DNA of 64,000 nucleotides from a virus. The DNA lies in IMG/VR virus record IMGVR_UViG_3300030102_006261, positions 64,001 to 128,000 of that record; one strand, given 5' to 3'. The notes under the pieces are model-generated. The model worked only from the letters and a program-made list of their open reading frames with translations. It had not been told where the DNA came from and did no database searches. This document shows, in pieces, positions 9,484-19,857 of the stretch; position 1 is the first letter of the stretch; each line of letters begins with the position of its first letter. The position numbers and the translations under genes are program-made.

Positions 9484-10298
9484 TGATTGTATCTACGATT
9501 GATTCTGGATTGGGAAATAGAATTAAGTGTCTTCTAAGTTGTATGAGACTAGACGAAGACACAAAATTAATTTGGCCTCGTAATAGGTTTACCACATGTG
9601 ATTTCAACCAGTTGTTTGATGGAGATTGGGAGATACCCTCTGTCCCTGAAGCGGCTGATGTAGCAACACGTTTCAATGAAAGATTACTTGTTCTTGATTC
9701 TGATCCCATTGGTGACGGCTTTGCTCAGGAACATCCCAATAAGAAGCACGAGAACGGTAAACTTCGTAAAAAGATAGAGGTTAACAATGGCAGAAACATA
9801 GATCATGAATATGAAAGAATACCACAAAGTGTAAAGGATTCATACATCGAGCAAGTCAGAAAGCTTACTCCAGTAAAATACATTCGAGATCAGATAGAAG
9901 AATTTTCATCTGTGAACTTTGATGAGGATACTGTGTCTGTTCATATGCGATCTTGGGCTGATGATCCTCGAAGACAATGTTTGTTTAGTTACGAGGATTA
10001 TTATAAGCATATGGACAAGATGGAAGATAAGACATTCTTCGTTTGTGCTGATCATCAAAGTTGTATAGATACGTTGAGACGTAGATACGGAAACAGAGTA
10101 TTTGATTATCCAAAAAGAGGTGACGGGAATTATAGTCCAGGCACCGCTTATATGACAACATTGGAAGCATCTCAGGATGCAATTATTGAAATGTATCTTT
10201 TAGGTAAAAACCCGACCATACTTGGATCTTACCTCAGCACCTTTGTTGAAGTTGGTTGGTGGTTGAATGAATGTAAAGGAAAGGTAACAATAGTATGA
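9483..10298 (+). CDS. Fucosyltransferase-like GT-B enzyme (GT11/GT23/O-FucT superfamily)
   Basis: SGLGNRI, VSVHMR, FFVCAD, AIIEMYLL, GS..STF. Confidence 0.7.
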   Translation: MIVSTIDSGLGNRIKCLLSCMRLDEDTKLIWPRNRFTTCDFNQLFDGDWEIPSVPEAADVATRFNERLLVLDSDPIGDGFAQEHPNKKHENGKLRKKIEVNNGRNIDHEYERIPQSVKDSYIEQVRKLTPVKYIRDQIEEFSSVNFDEDTVSVHMRSWADDPRRQCLFSYEDYYKHMDKMEDKTFFVCADHQSCIDTLRRRYGNRVFDYPKRGDGNYSPGTAYMTTLEASQDAIIEMYLLGKNPTILGSYLSTFVEVGWWLNECKGKVTIV

Positions 10299-10954
10299 GT
10301 AACATACCGGCGGCGGGAGTGTGGAACAGTGATTATGAAAATGCTCGATACAATTGTCCATATTTAAACGAGAATAGTTGTGTTTTGGATCTCGGTGGGT
10401 ATATGGGTGAATTTTCTCATAAGATACAAGAAAAGTATGGGTGTGATGTTCACGTATATGAGCCTATCCATGAGTATTGTGATGCCATCGAAGAAAAATT
10501 AAATTCAAAAATTCACGTTAACAGATTCGCTTTGGGTTCATCTACAGGTGAAGAGAAAATTTTGTTGAGTGGTGAAGGCACTACCTTAGAAAAATACGAC
10601 AGAAGAAACAACTCTTCTCATAAAGGCAGCCCGGGTGAAGACATTAAATCATCTCCATCAGAAGAAATTGATGTGGTAGATATTTTAGATGAAATTAAAA
10701 AGTATGATGAAATTGATTTGATGAAAATAAATGTGGAAGGGGCTGAGTATGAGATATTACCAATTTTAATTGAATCTGGTGATATCAAAAAAGTCAAAAA
10801 TCTTCAGGTTCAGTTTCATAGTTTTGTTGATAATGGCTATGACATGTATGTTGAATTGAAACATATTTTGTCTGAGACACATGAGGTAGTATTGGATTCT
10901 GTATGGAAGTGGACATTCTGGACAAGGAAAAATCATGCCGATATCAAACGGTAA
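10295..10954 (+). CDS. FkbM-family O-methyltransferase
   Basis: VLDLGGY.G, VYEP, IDLMKINVEGAEY, QVQFH. Confidence 0.9.
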   Translation: MSNIPAAGVWNSDYENARYNCPYLNENSCVLDLGGYMGEFSHKIQEKYGCDVHVYEPIHEYCDAIEEKLNSKIHVNRFALGSSTGEEKILLSGEGTTLEKYDRRNNSSHKGSPGEDIKSSPSEEIDVVDILDEIKKYDEIDLMKINVEGAEYEILPILIESGDIKKVKNLQVQFHSFVDNGYDMYVELKHILSETHEVVLDSVWKWTFWTRKNHADIKR

Positions 10955-11729
10955 TAAAGAAGCTAAAAAACAGGTAATATTCATTCATATACCAAAAACA
11001 GCGGGTCACAGTGTCCGAAATGCCATGGAGAAAACTGGTTATGAATGGTTTGATTTTGTCAATAAACACATGCCTGCACGGCTTGTAGCTGAAGCTATGG
11101 ATCTGACTCTCGATAGAATTCAAACACTTGTCGATGTTAAGTTTAATTCAGATGAGTTTCTGAGTTTATCTAGAAAGCATGGGGAAATAAAATCATACAA
11201 ATGGATTATTAACATGTTAAGTCAATTGTATAAAAACAAATGTTACAACTTAGATACCTTTGATGTATATTATTCTTTCGGTTTTGTTAGAAATCCGTTT
11301 GCAGTCGCTCTATCTAGATTTCTTTATCACCACAGGGATGACAAAAAAACTGATCTTGATCTTGCAGTAAAAAATGAATTTGACCGTAGCTCGCTAGGAT
11401 TTAACAAATGGTTAGAGAAACTAGAAGATAAACAATGGGATAGGTATTTTTACCACAACATGGGAAGTTTTAAAAATACACAAGCTAGTTACTTGATGGA
11501 TAACACTAACAGAATTATGGTTAATGATGTGTATCGATATGAAAATTTAAAAAATGACTATGCCAAAGTGTGTTCTATTCTTGGTTGTACTAATTATTTG
11601 GATGAATTTCATTTCAATAAGTCAAGTAAAACACCTGTGAAATATAAGGATTACTATACTTCAACTGGTATAGATATCATTGAAAAGATATACAAAGATG
11701 ATTTGGAGTATTTTAATTATGAGTTTTAA
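10935..11729 (+). CDS. Carbohydrate sulfotransferase (Sulfotransfer_2 type)
   Basis: 5'-PSB motif FIHIPKTAGHS, 3'-PB FVRNPF...S, RYENL..D, Y..D...F.Y.F end. Confidence 0.88.
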   Translation: MPISNGNKEAKKQVIFIHIPKTAGHSVRNAMEKTGYEWFDFVNKHMPARLVAEAMDLTLDRIQTLVDVKFNSDEFLSLSRKHGEIKSYKWIINMLSQLYKNKCYNLDTFDVYYSFGFVRNPFAVALSRFLYHHRDDKKTDLDLAVKNEFDRSSLGFNKWLEKLEDKQWDRYFYHNMGSFKNTQASYLMDNTNRIMVNDVYRYENLKNDYAKVCSILGCTNYLDEFHFNKSSKTPVKYKDYYTSTGIDIIEKIYKDDLEYFNYEF

Positions 11730-12843
11730 TTTAGCTGTTGTTGGTATTGGTAGATTGGGATTGTGCTTTGCCTTAAATTTAGAAAAAGCAGGGCACAAGG
11801 TAGTAGGGTATGACATTAGAGATGACTATATTGATTCAATCAACGATAAAACGTTTCGATCATCTGAGCCGTATTTAAATGAGTATGTAAAAAATTACAG
11901 TAACTTTAAGGCAACTTCTTCTTTGAAAGATGTCCTTGATACGTCCGATATGCTTTTTGTGACATTACGAACAGAGTCAGATGAAAATGGTAAATATAAT
12001 CACGATCAAATAGAAAGTTTTTTGGAAAGATTGCTGTCTTTCGGTAAGCAAGAAACACAAAAGCATTTGGTAATATGTAGCAATGTGCAGCCCGGTTATA
12101 CAGATACCGTCGCAGAAAGAGTCAAAGAATATAACTACACCACTACATTTAACCCAGAGACAATTGCACAGGGTCAGATTATAAAGGATCAACTGAATCC
12201 CAGTATCATAATTATTGGAGAAGAGAAGGATTGTACAAAAAAGGAGGATAATAGAACTCCCGGTAATATGTTAGCGGAGATATATGAGAGTATGTGCGTA
12301 CCCACATATGATCTCCATTTCATGGATAGAACAAGCGCAGAATTAACTAAGGTTGGTCTTAATTGTTCACTCACCGCAAAAATATCAATGGCTAACACCA
12401 TAGGTGATGTTGCAATTAGAATGGGAGCAAACCCAGATAAAATATTAAATGCGATTGGTTCCGATGACAGAATCGGCAACAAATATTTTAAGTTTGGATT
12501 TGGATATGGTGGTCCTTGTTTCCCACGAGATAACAGAGCCTTTATTCGATCTGCTGAGTCTGTTGGTGTGACAGCACACATGAACATAGCGTGTGATAAA
12601 ACAAATGAAGATCATTTAGAACACCAATTGAATCATTTTTGTGAAAATCGAGATAAGAAAAATCCAATTGTGGCTAGACAGGTTTCATTCAAAGAAAACT
12701 GTCCAAGCATAGAGGAGTCTGAGCAATTAAAATTTGCAGTCGGACTTGCACATAGGGGGTATTCTGTTATAATAGCTGACTCAAAAGAAGTTATAGAACA
12801 AGTACGTGACATATATGGCGATTTATTCACTTATGCAAAATAA
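11719..12843 (+). CDS. UDP-glucose/GDP-mannose 6-dehydrogenase family protein
   Basis: VVGIGRLG Rossmann, NPE, AELTK, GYGGPCFPRD with catalytic Cys. Confidence 0.92.
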   Translation: MSFNLAVVGIGRLGLCFALNLEKAGHKVVGYDIRDDYIDSINDKTFRSSEPYLNEYVKNYSNFKATSSLKDVLDTSDMLFVTLRTESDENGKYNHDQIESFLERLLSFGKQETQKHLVICSNVQPGYTDTVAERVKEYNYTTTFNPETIAQGQIIKDQLNPSIIIIGEEKDCTKKEDNRTPGNMLAEIYESMCVPTYDLHFMDRTSAELTKVGLNCSLTAKISMANTIGDVAIRMGANPDKILNAIGSDDRIGNKYFKFGFGYGGPCFPRDNRAFIRSAESVGVTAHMNIACDKTNEDHLEHQLNHFCENRDKKNPIVARQVSFKENCPSIEESEQLKFAVGLAHRGYSVIIADSKEVIEQVRDIYGDLFTYAK

Positions 12844-13849
12844 AAAAATATTGATCTTCGGTGGTTCTGGTTCTCTAGGTAAAACATTAATTAGTCGTTT
12901 GTATAAGCATAATGATGTATTGATTTACTCTAGGGATGAGGCTAAACACTGGACAATCAAAAACACGTTCAATTCAATTAATCTTAGTTTTAGTGTTGGT
13001 GACATACGAGATTTTAGTAGAATTAAAGAAATCTTGTTTCAGTTTCAGCCAAATATTATCATAATGGCTTCTGCATTAAAGCAAGTTGATACTTGTGAGT
13101 TGTCTCCTAATGAAAGTATACAGACGAATGTAATTGGTATTGATAACATTGTTAGGGCAGTCGAGGAAAACATCAATAATCTTCCTGAACTAGAGTCTGT
13201 CTTGATGGTTAGCACAGATAAGGCTTGCGCTCCAGTTAATGTATATGGTATGTGTAAGGCAATATCAGAGCGAACTGTCACCGCCAGATCACGATTTGAT
13301 CATTTGGGTGGAGTTAATTTTCTTTGTGTTCGTTATGGAAATGTTCTAGACTCTAGAGGGAGCATACTCCCTCTGTTTAGGCACCAAGTTAAAACTCAAG
13401 ATTTCATAACAGTCACACACCCAGACATGACAAGATTTTTGATGACACTCGATGAGAGTGTTGATTTGATTTTAACAACACTAAAAACTGCTAAATCTGG
13501 TGAGACTTGGATACCTGTTTTAAAGTCTATGAGAATTTTAGACTTAGCTAAAATATATGCGGATATGTATGGTAAAGACATACAGATTAGTGGTATAAGA
13601 CCTGGTGAAAAATTACATGAGGCACTAGTGTCTGAGTGTGAATCAACACGAGCTAAGATGATCAATGATCACCACGTACTGGAACCATCGTATAGTTCTC
13701 AAATAAACGATAATATTTTTAGTTACACAAGTGAAGATTCTACGATGTCCGAGGTAGAGCTTAAAGACTACTTGGTTGAATTGGATCTTCTTGACAGAGA
13801 TCCTGAAGATTTTATTGGTAAAACCATAGAAGAACAAAAGAGACATTAA
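12833..13849 (+). CDS. UDP-GlcNAc 4,6-dehydratase-like (PseB/CapD/FnlA family)
   Basis: GGSGSLG, SRDE.K, ASALKQV, STDKA..P.N.YG..K, RYGNV..SRGS, MTRF, GIRPGEKLHE. Confidence 0.9.
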   Translation: MQNKKILIFGGSGSLGKTLISRLYKHNDVLIYSRDEAKHWTIKNTFNSINLSFSVGDIRDFSRIKEILFQFQPNIIIMASALKQVDTCELSPNESIQTNVIGIDNIVRAVEENINNLPELESVLMVSTDKACAPVNVYGMCKAISERTVTARSRFDHLGGVNFLCVRYGNVLDSRGSILPLFRHQVKTQDFITVTHPDMTRFLMTLDESVDLILTTLKTAKSGETWIPVLKSMRILDLAKIYADMYGKDIQISGIRPGEKLHEALVSECESTRAKMINDHHVLEPSYSSQINDNIFSYTSEDSTMSEVELKDYLVELDLLDRDPEDFIGKTIEEQKRH

Positions 13850-13850
13850 G

Positions 13851-14987
13851 ATGAAAAAGTATGACTATCCAATGTTCAAAGTTCATGTTGATGTTAATTC
13901 TGCGTTGGACGAATTGAGCAATGTTTTATCTAGTGGGTTTTTGAATGAGGGTGAGCAAGTAAAGAAATTTTCTGATGCAATGTCGTCGTACTTGGATCAC
14001 CCACATGTAATTCCACTTAATAGTTGTACGAGCGCGTTAACATTGGCATTAAAGTTATCTGGTGTTGATCCGGATAGTGAAGTTATCACTACATCGATGA
14101 CATGCATAGCATCTATAACTCCAATATCAAATCTTGGTGCCAAAATTGTCTGGGCAGATATAGAAAAAGATACAGGTAATATATCAGTGGATAGCGTAAA
14201 AGAATTGATTACAAAAAAAACTAAAGCAGTTTTATGTGTTGATTGGGCTGGTTTGCCTTGTGATTTAATCGCTTTGCAGAAGTTGTGTCGTTCACATAAT
14301 ATTAGGTTGATACAAGATGCGGCTCATGCTTTTGGATCAAACTATGAGGGAAAGTCGGTGTGTCACTTTGCTGATTTTACATGCTATAGCTTTCAGGCTA
14401 TAAAGCACATTACGTGTGGTGATGGGGGACTTTTAGTTTGTGCTAATAAAGGAGACTATGCTAGGGCTAAGAATTTAAAGTGGTTTGGTTTTGATCGAGA
14501 TGGTTGTAAAACTTCTAAGGGGGAGTGGAAGGGTCAACGTTGGGAAGTTGATATAAATGAGGCGGGGTACAAATTTTACATGAATAATGTGTCTGCTGCG
14601 ATAGGGTTGTCGCAACTCAAACATATTGACAATGTGTTAAGCTCCCATAAAAATAATGCTAAGATATATGCGAAATACTTCTCCGATAAATTTGAAGTAG
14701 AACCATTGACAGTCTCTATTGGTGGAGATCCGGCATATTGGGTTTATACGGTTTTACTTGATGAAAGTGTGGATAGAGACGGTATTCTGAAAAACTTAAA
14801 TGATATGGGCATAGGTGCAGGTTTGGTTCATATACCCTGTCACAATTATAGTTGTTTTAGTGAGAGTTTCACAGAGCTACCAATGACTGATTACTTTCAC
14901 ACACATCAATTATCGTTGCCTTGTGGGTGGTGGTTAACTGATTGTGATGTAAAAAATATCATCAATGAAATGGATGCTATGTTATGA
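13851..14987 (+). CDS. DegT/DnrJ/EryC1/StrS PLP-dependent sugar aminotransferase
   Basis: NSCTSAL.LAL, IQDAAHAFG, SFQAIKHIT.GDGG. Confidence 0.93.
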   Translation: MKKYDYPMFKVHVDVNSALDELSNVLSSGFLNEGEQVKKFSDAMSSYLDHPHVIPLNSCTSALTLALKLSGVDPDSEVITTSMTCIASITPISNLGAKIVWADIEKDTGNISVDSVKELITKKTKAVLCVDWAGLPCDLIALQKLCRSHNIRLIQDAAHAFGSNYEGKSVCHFADFTCYSFQAIKHITCGDGGLLVCANKGDYARAKNLKWFGFDRDGCKTSKGEWKGQRWEVDINEAGYKFYMNNVSAAIGLSQLKHIDNVLSSHKNNAKIYAKYFSDKFEVEPLTVSIGGDPAYWVYTVLLDESVDRDGILKNLNDMGIGAGLVHIPCHNYSCFSESFTELPMTDYFHTHQLSLPCGWWLTDCDVKNIINEMDAML

Positions 14988-15721
14988 CAATAACTTGTGG
15001 GATACTTTTTAATTGTAAACAAAAGTTTGATCCATACGTTGATTGGTTGTTGGAAAACCAAGATGTTTATGGGTATACAGTTTATGGTATCCACGCATCA
15101 ACAGACTATACCATACAACAGTTTATCAGATACAATGATTCATTTAAAACTTTTGATGAAGTGGTTGAAAATTCTGATATTATATTATCATTAGGTTATT
15201 GGAATATAATAGATAGTTCCACCATAAAAAAGATCCCTATGGGGATCATAAATTTTCATCACTCATACAAGTTGAAATACAAGGGTAGACACTGCGCCAC
15301 ATGGGCTATAAAAAATAAAGAATCAGTGCATGGTAGCACCATGCACTTTATCGATGAAAAGTTAGATTGTGGTAAAATAATAGATACAAATTATTTTAAA
15401 ATACAAGATTATCATACTTCCCAAGATCTTTTCACGAGAGCGACTGATGTTGGATTTAATTTGTTGAAGGATAATTTCCCAAAAATAATTGGTAAAGAAC
15501 ATATTGAATATAAATCACATAGCGAAAAGTCTTTTTATAATAAAGAGGTTGATCTGAATCATAAAATTGATGTCTCTACCTTACAAGACACAGATGAACT
15601 TTATAGGCATATTAGATCTTTAACTTTTGCTGGTTGTCCATCACCATATGTTGTTATTGGTGGTAAAAAGGTATATCTTAAGTTGGAGGGTTATGATACA
15701 GGGGTTTTACATGCAAAGTAA
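14984..15721 (+). CDS. Sugar N-formyltransferase
   Basis: INFH, YKGRH...WAI, G.TMHFIDE.LD.G.II, IRSLTF...P.PY. Confidence 0.85.
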   Translation: MTITCGILFNCKQKFDPYVDWLLENQDVYGYTVYGIHASTDYTIQQFIRYNDSFKTFDEVVENSDIILSLGYWNIIDSSTIKKIPMGIINFHHSYKLKYKGRHCATWAIKNKESVHGSTMHFIDEKLDCGKIIDTNYFKIQDYHTSQDLFTRATDVGFNLLKDNFPKIIGKEHIEYKSHSEKSFYNKEVDLNHKIDVSTLQDTDELYRHIRSLTFAGCPSPYVVIGGKKVYLKLEGYDTGVLHAK

Positions 15722-16394
15722 TAATAGGTTTACTATAAAATATTATGATGAAATAATCAAAAAAGCAAAATCGAATGATTATGTTTTTGTTACTGTGCAT
15801 GAATATTTTGATCTAGGTTGCCCTACCACGGGGTATTTTATTCTTAGACATGATTTAGATAAACACCCACAAACATTACAGAAGCAATTGGATGTTGAAA
15901 TTTCTAATGGTGTTCGTTCAACAATTTATGCGAGGGTCACTGCAAACGATTATAATGTTTTGTCATATCCAGTTTTAAAAATGTTAAGGAGTGCGGAGGA
16001 TGATGGATTTGAAATTGGATTGCATACTAATTTTGTCGAATACGCAACAATAAATTCTTTAGATCCTATGAAGGTTTTGTCCATGGAGAATGAACTATTA
16101 AGTTCTTTTTTTGATGTGCGAGGTCTTGCTCCACACAGGGATTTAAATTATGCGTACAACTCTCTTCCGTTCATAAAAAGAAATTGGAACCAAATAAAAA
16201 CTATTGGTTTTGACTATGAGGCATATGATGATCAAATCTTTTCCTCTTGTGTGTACGTAAATGAAGGTTTTAATCCACATCTATGTTGGAGAAATAACGC
16301 ACCAGAAGATGTGATTGAGACTGGTGTTTCAATTTATATGATGACACATAACCACTGGTGGTATGATGAAAATCCATTCGAGGAGTGGAGATGA
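15711..16394 (+). CDS. Polysaccharide deacetylase-like protein (WbmS-like)
   Basis: ILRHDLD, GFEIGLH, APH, MMTH.HWW. Confidence 0.7.
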   Translation: MQSNNRFTIKYYDEIIKKAKSNDYVFVTVHEYFDLGCPTTGYFILRHDLDKHPQTLQKQLDVEISNGVRSTIYARVTANDYNVLSYPVLKMLRSAEDDGFEIGLHTNFVEYATINSLDPMKVLSMENELLSSFFDVRGLAPHRDLNYAYNSLPFIKRNWNQIKTIGFDYEAYDDQIFSSCVYVNEGFNPHLCWRNNAPEDVIETGVSIYMMTHNHWWYDENPFEEWR

Positions 16395-17035
16395 AACTAG
16401 CATTACTTGGCTATAGAAAATGGGCATTAAATGCTTTTAGTCTTATTCAAAAAGAATATCCGATGCATGATTACACCGTGATCACGAATCCAGACGAGGT
16501 TGGAGATTTAGAGGATTGTGTTGTTTTAGGTGCTGGGTGGAGTTGGTTGATCTCTAACGAGTTTTTAGCTAAAAATGAAATAGTTGCATTGGTACATCCA
16601 TCTGATTTACCTGAATATGCAGGGGGCACACCAATACAACATCAAATACTCGATGGACTATTGAATACGAAGGCCACTTTGTTTGAAGTTACTAATAAAC
16701 TTGATGCAGGACCTATAATCTACAAAACAGATTTCAATTTGTCTGGTAGCATGGATGACATATTTGTTTCTCTAACCAAAGCAACCATGAATCTTTTTTC
16801 TAATTTCTTAGATAATTATCCTGACATACCCAGACGATCACAGAAAGTGGGTATGGTTCGAAAAAGGTTAACCCCCGATCAAAGTGAATTATCGGCTGAT
16901 GACTTTAAAACTATGTCTGCACATGACATATATAATCATATTAGATGTAGAGAGTATCCTTATCCAAATGCGTATATTGAGGATCACTCAGGTAGATTAT
17001 ATTTTAGTAATGTTCGTTTTGAGAGAAGTGAGTAA
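16391..17035 (+). CDS. Second formyltransferase (Fmt-like)
   Basis: GWSW.I, HPSDLP.YAGG.PIQHQI, LDAGPI, IR...PYP.AY. Confidence 0.85.
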   Translation: MKLALLGYRKWALNAFSLIQKEYPMHDYTVITNPDEVGDLEDCVVLGAGWSWLISNEFLAKNEIVALVHPSDLPEYAGGTPIQHQILDGLLNTKATLFEVTNKLDAGPIIYKTDFNLSGSMDDIFVSLTKATMNLFSNFLDNYPDIPRRSQKVGMVRKRLTPDQSELSADDFKTMSAHDIYNHIRCREYPYPNAYIEDHSGRLYFSNVRFERSE

Positions 17036-17037
17036 AA

Positions 17038-17955
17038 TTGAAAGAAGATATAATTCAAATTGGAATACCTTGTTTTTCCTACGAGGGTGATTGTGAAAAC
17101 TACGTTAGATTTGTCATACAATCCATGGTTTTGACTGCCAATGATTCAACAAAGTTGGAATTTTTAATTGGTCTAAATGGTGATGGTATTGATTTAAAGA
17201 AGATGTCTGGTGTGCATGATAACGTAAAGTTTATAGATGTGATTGGCGAGATTGAACGAAGAGTCGGTGATGCCCCGCATAAAACTAAGTTTACGACTTC
17301 ATCATTAAATCATGGTGAATTATTAGACACTCTGTTTAAACATCTTGATTCTCGTTATGGTATGTGGGTTGATTCAGATATGGCATTTTTATGTCTTGAT
17401 TGGGACATAAAAATGAAAGCTTGCTTAAATGAAAACTGTGCCATAGTTGGATTGACGTACCCAAAAAATAGAAATAGATATGAGGATTTTCCTACTGTGA
17501 TGGCTTGCATGTTTGATGTGGAAGTTATGAAAAAATTAAACATGACGTTCACCACGGAAAATATGGGATCTGTTAGATCAACTCTTGTAGATCAAAATGA
17601 AAGTAAAATTTTTAATCAGCAAGTAGGATCCACAATAAATCTTGATAGCGGAGAAATGTTACCTACTATTCAGCTTCACGGATACAGTGGTAAGCCCATA
17701 CATAGTATTCATCTTTTTCAAGATGACGGTGTTAGAATTTTCTTGGATCGTGACTTAGACGTTGCTAGGAGAAAATCACCAGTCAAAGGTGGGAATGGTA
17801 AAATTTGTGAGGGACATTTAGATGGTGAATTAATTTTAACGCACTTGTCGGAATCGCGGTATAGAAAATACAATGATGATCCTTTGTCGATAATTTGGCT
17901 ACAAAAAGTTCAACTTTGGCTCAAAGAAAAATGTGGTGTTGAGGTAGAGATATGA
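17038..17955 (+). CDS. Putative GT-A glycosyltransferase
   Basis: S..HG..LD, WVDSD (DxD), D.G; island context. Confidence 0.55.
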   Translation: MKEDIIQIGIPCFSYEGDCENYVRFVIQSMVLTANDSTKLEFLIGLNGDGIDLKKMSGVHDNVKFIDVIGEIERRVGDAPHKTKFTTSSLNHGELLDTLFKHLDSRYGMWVDSDMAFLCLDWDIKMKACLNENCAIVGLTYPKNRNRYEDFPTVMACMFDVEVMKKLNMTFTTENMGSVRSTLVDQNESKIFNQQVGSTINLDSGEMLPTIQLHGYSGKPIHSIHLFQDDGVRIFLDRDLDVARRKSPVKGGNGKICEGHLDGELILTHLSESRYRKYNDDPLSIIWLQKVQLWLKEKCGVEVEI

Positions 17956-18776
17956 AAAAAGTTGTTTCAGTGAAATACAGTGATGGATTTGGTAATCACA
18001 TATTTCAGTACTGTGGATCTAGGGTATTGGCGGAAAAAAATGGATATGAGTTATCACATCATGGCATACCAGAGTTAAATCTTAAAGACAATATTAGAGA
18101 CGGTAGTGTTGGTGATACTAGATTTATTTTCAATGTGACAAATAATTTTGAAGACTACACCTTATATAAGGATAGACTTGACGACATTAGATCATGGTTT
18201 CCAAAAGTAGAAAAAACCAACACTAAGGATCTGATATTACATTTGAGATTGGGTAACAGAATAGCTCAAAATACTCATCATATGAATCATGTTGATTCTA
18301 AAAGATACTGTAGTGTCATTGAAACTTTTGATTTTGATCGACTGCACATCATAACTGATGCAGATAAATGGGATGTTCATGAAACAGAGGATGTTAGAAA
18401 TCTGTACTCAGAATTACAATCATTCAATAGTGTTCGAGGATTCGATCCACGGCACAATTTGGTATCTGAGTCTACTGCGGTTGATTACATAAACGAACTG
18501 GTGAGTGGACTCTCTCATTATGATCCCATAATACACACAGAAAAAGCTGGTGTGATTAAAAATGAATCTGCCCTTAAAGCTAATTTTATAGATCATTTTA
18601 ACTTCATTCGTTCCTTTGATAAAATATTATTTAAGGACAGCACGTTCTCTTGGTGGGCATCAGTTTTGAGTGAGGCCACGGATGTCTGTGTATATGGTCC
18701 ATGGAAACCAAATAAAGGGAAGAAAAATAAAAACTTAGGTAAAACAGATTATGCTGGATGGAGATCATGGTCATGA
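17952..18776 (+). CDS. Alpha-1,2-fucosyltransferase-like (GT11)
   Basis: GFGNHIFQY, LHLRLGN, IITD, STFSWW. Confidence 0.8.
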   Translation: MKKVVSVKYSDGFGNHIFQYCGSRVLAEKNGYELSHHGIPELNLKDNIRDGSVGDTRFIFNVTNNFEDYTLYKDRLDDIRSWFPKVEKTNTKDLILHLRLGNRIAQNTHHMNHVDSKRYCSVIETFDFDRLHIITDADKWDVHETEDVRNLYSELQSFNSVRGFDPRHNLVSESTAVDYINELVSGLSHYDPIIHTEKAGVIKNESALKANFIDHFNFIRSFDKILFKDSTFSWWASVLSEATDVCVYGPWKPNKGKKNKNLGKTDYAGWRSWS

Positions 18777-19837
18777 ATGAGATAATCGCAGATAGAGTTC
18801 GTAATATAGAAAAGAAAGTCGGTAAGAATCAACTGTATCCGTTAAATATTGTACCACCTAGACGGTTGATTCTTGATCGTATCCCAGAAAAAAGAAAGTT
18901 ACTCGGAACAATAATTCCTGGCGCTCAGGAAACATATGTGTTTACTGAGCAAGAACCATACTATAAAGATTATCAAGAAAGTTATTTCGGATATAATTGG
19001 AAAAAGGGTCAATGGGATACAGGGAGAAATCAGGAAATCATGATGAATGGTTGTGTCCCTTTATTCATGGATATAGATAAATGTCCTGAGTATTGTCTTA
19101 TGCATCACCCCAAAGAAAAATATGAAAGCATTAGAAATCGATACGCTGGAAAATCTCTGGGATATATTAATAATTTTGATGGTGATGAATATGAGCAGGA
19201 CTGTTTATGGTTGATGGATTACTGTAGAGAAAATTTAAACAGTGAGGCAATGGCTAAATTTTCTTTATCAGTAACACAGAATGAGAAAGTTAAAAATGTA
19301 CTATTCATTACACTTGGTGATCGAGCAGATCAATTGAATGATTACATGTTTATCGGATTTAGAAATTTATTGGGGAGTGGTGTGGTTGAAACTAATAAAT
19401 TGTGGTGGGTATATAAAGATGTTAATGAGGGATATACCTATAGAGGAACTAATGATGATCGAGTTCAGATAAATCCAAATGATCCAAATTTGTCAAAAAA
19501 GGACAGAGATGGTTTAGTAAAAAATAAAGTTAAGGTTACCGAGTTGCGTGGTGGTGGCTTTACTTACTCTGGTCATCTAGATGATGTTGATGTTGACCGG
19601 GAGAATATAGAGGATAAAATAAGAGATAAATATTATGATCTAATTGTTTATGGATCTTTTAATAGGTGCAAAGATCACTTAGATTTGGTTTTAGATAATT
19701 ATGAAAAAGATAATATTTTCTTTTTTGATGTTGATGATGATGTAGTAAACAAAAAAATTAGACCTGATACGTATGAAAAATACAAAAGCAAAGGTATTTA
19801 TTTTTGTCCAGATTTAAGGGTTATGCTGAATGATTGA
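18773..19837 (+). CDS. Putative glycosyltransferase (GT-B-like)
   Basis: Y..S.F....KKG.WD..R..EI...GC.P.F motif; island context. Confidence 0.55.
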   Translation: MNEIIADRVRNIEKKVGKNQLYPLNIVPPRRLILDRIPEKRKLLGTIIPGAQETYVFTEQEPYYKDYQESYFGYNWKKGQWDTGRNQEIMMNGCVPLFMDIDKCPEYCLMHHPKEKYESIRNRYAGKSLGYINNFDGDEYEQDCLWLMDYCRENLNSEAMAKFSLSVTQNEKVKNVLFITLGDRADQLNDYMFIGFRNLLGSGVVETNKLWWVYKDVNEGYTYRGTNDDRVQINPNDPNLSKKDRDGLVKNKVKVTELRGGGFTYSGHLDDVDVDRENIEDKIRDKYYDLIVYGSFNRCKDHLDLVLDNYEKDNIFFFDVDDDVVNKKIRPDTYEKYKSKGIYFCPDLRVMLND

Positions 19838-19857
19838 ACAAAAGGATGTGTGTTGAT

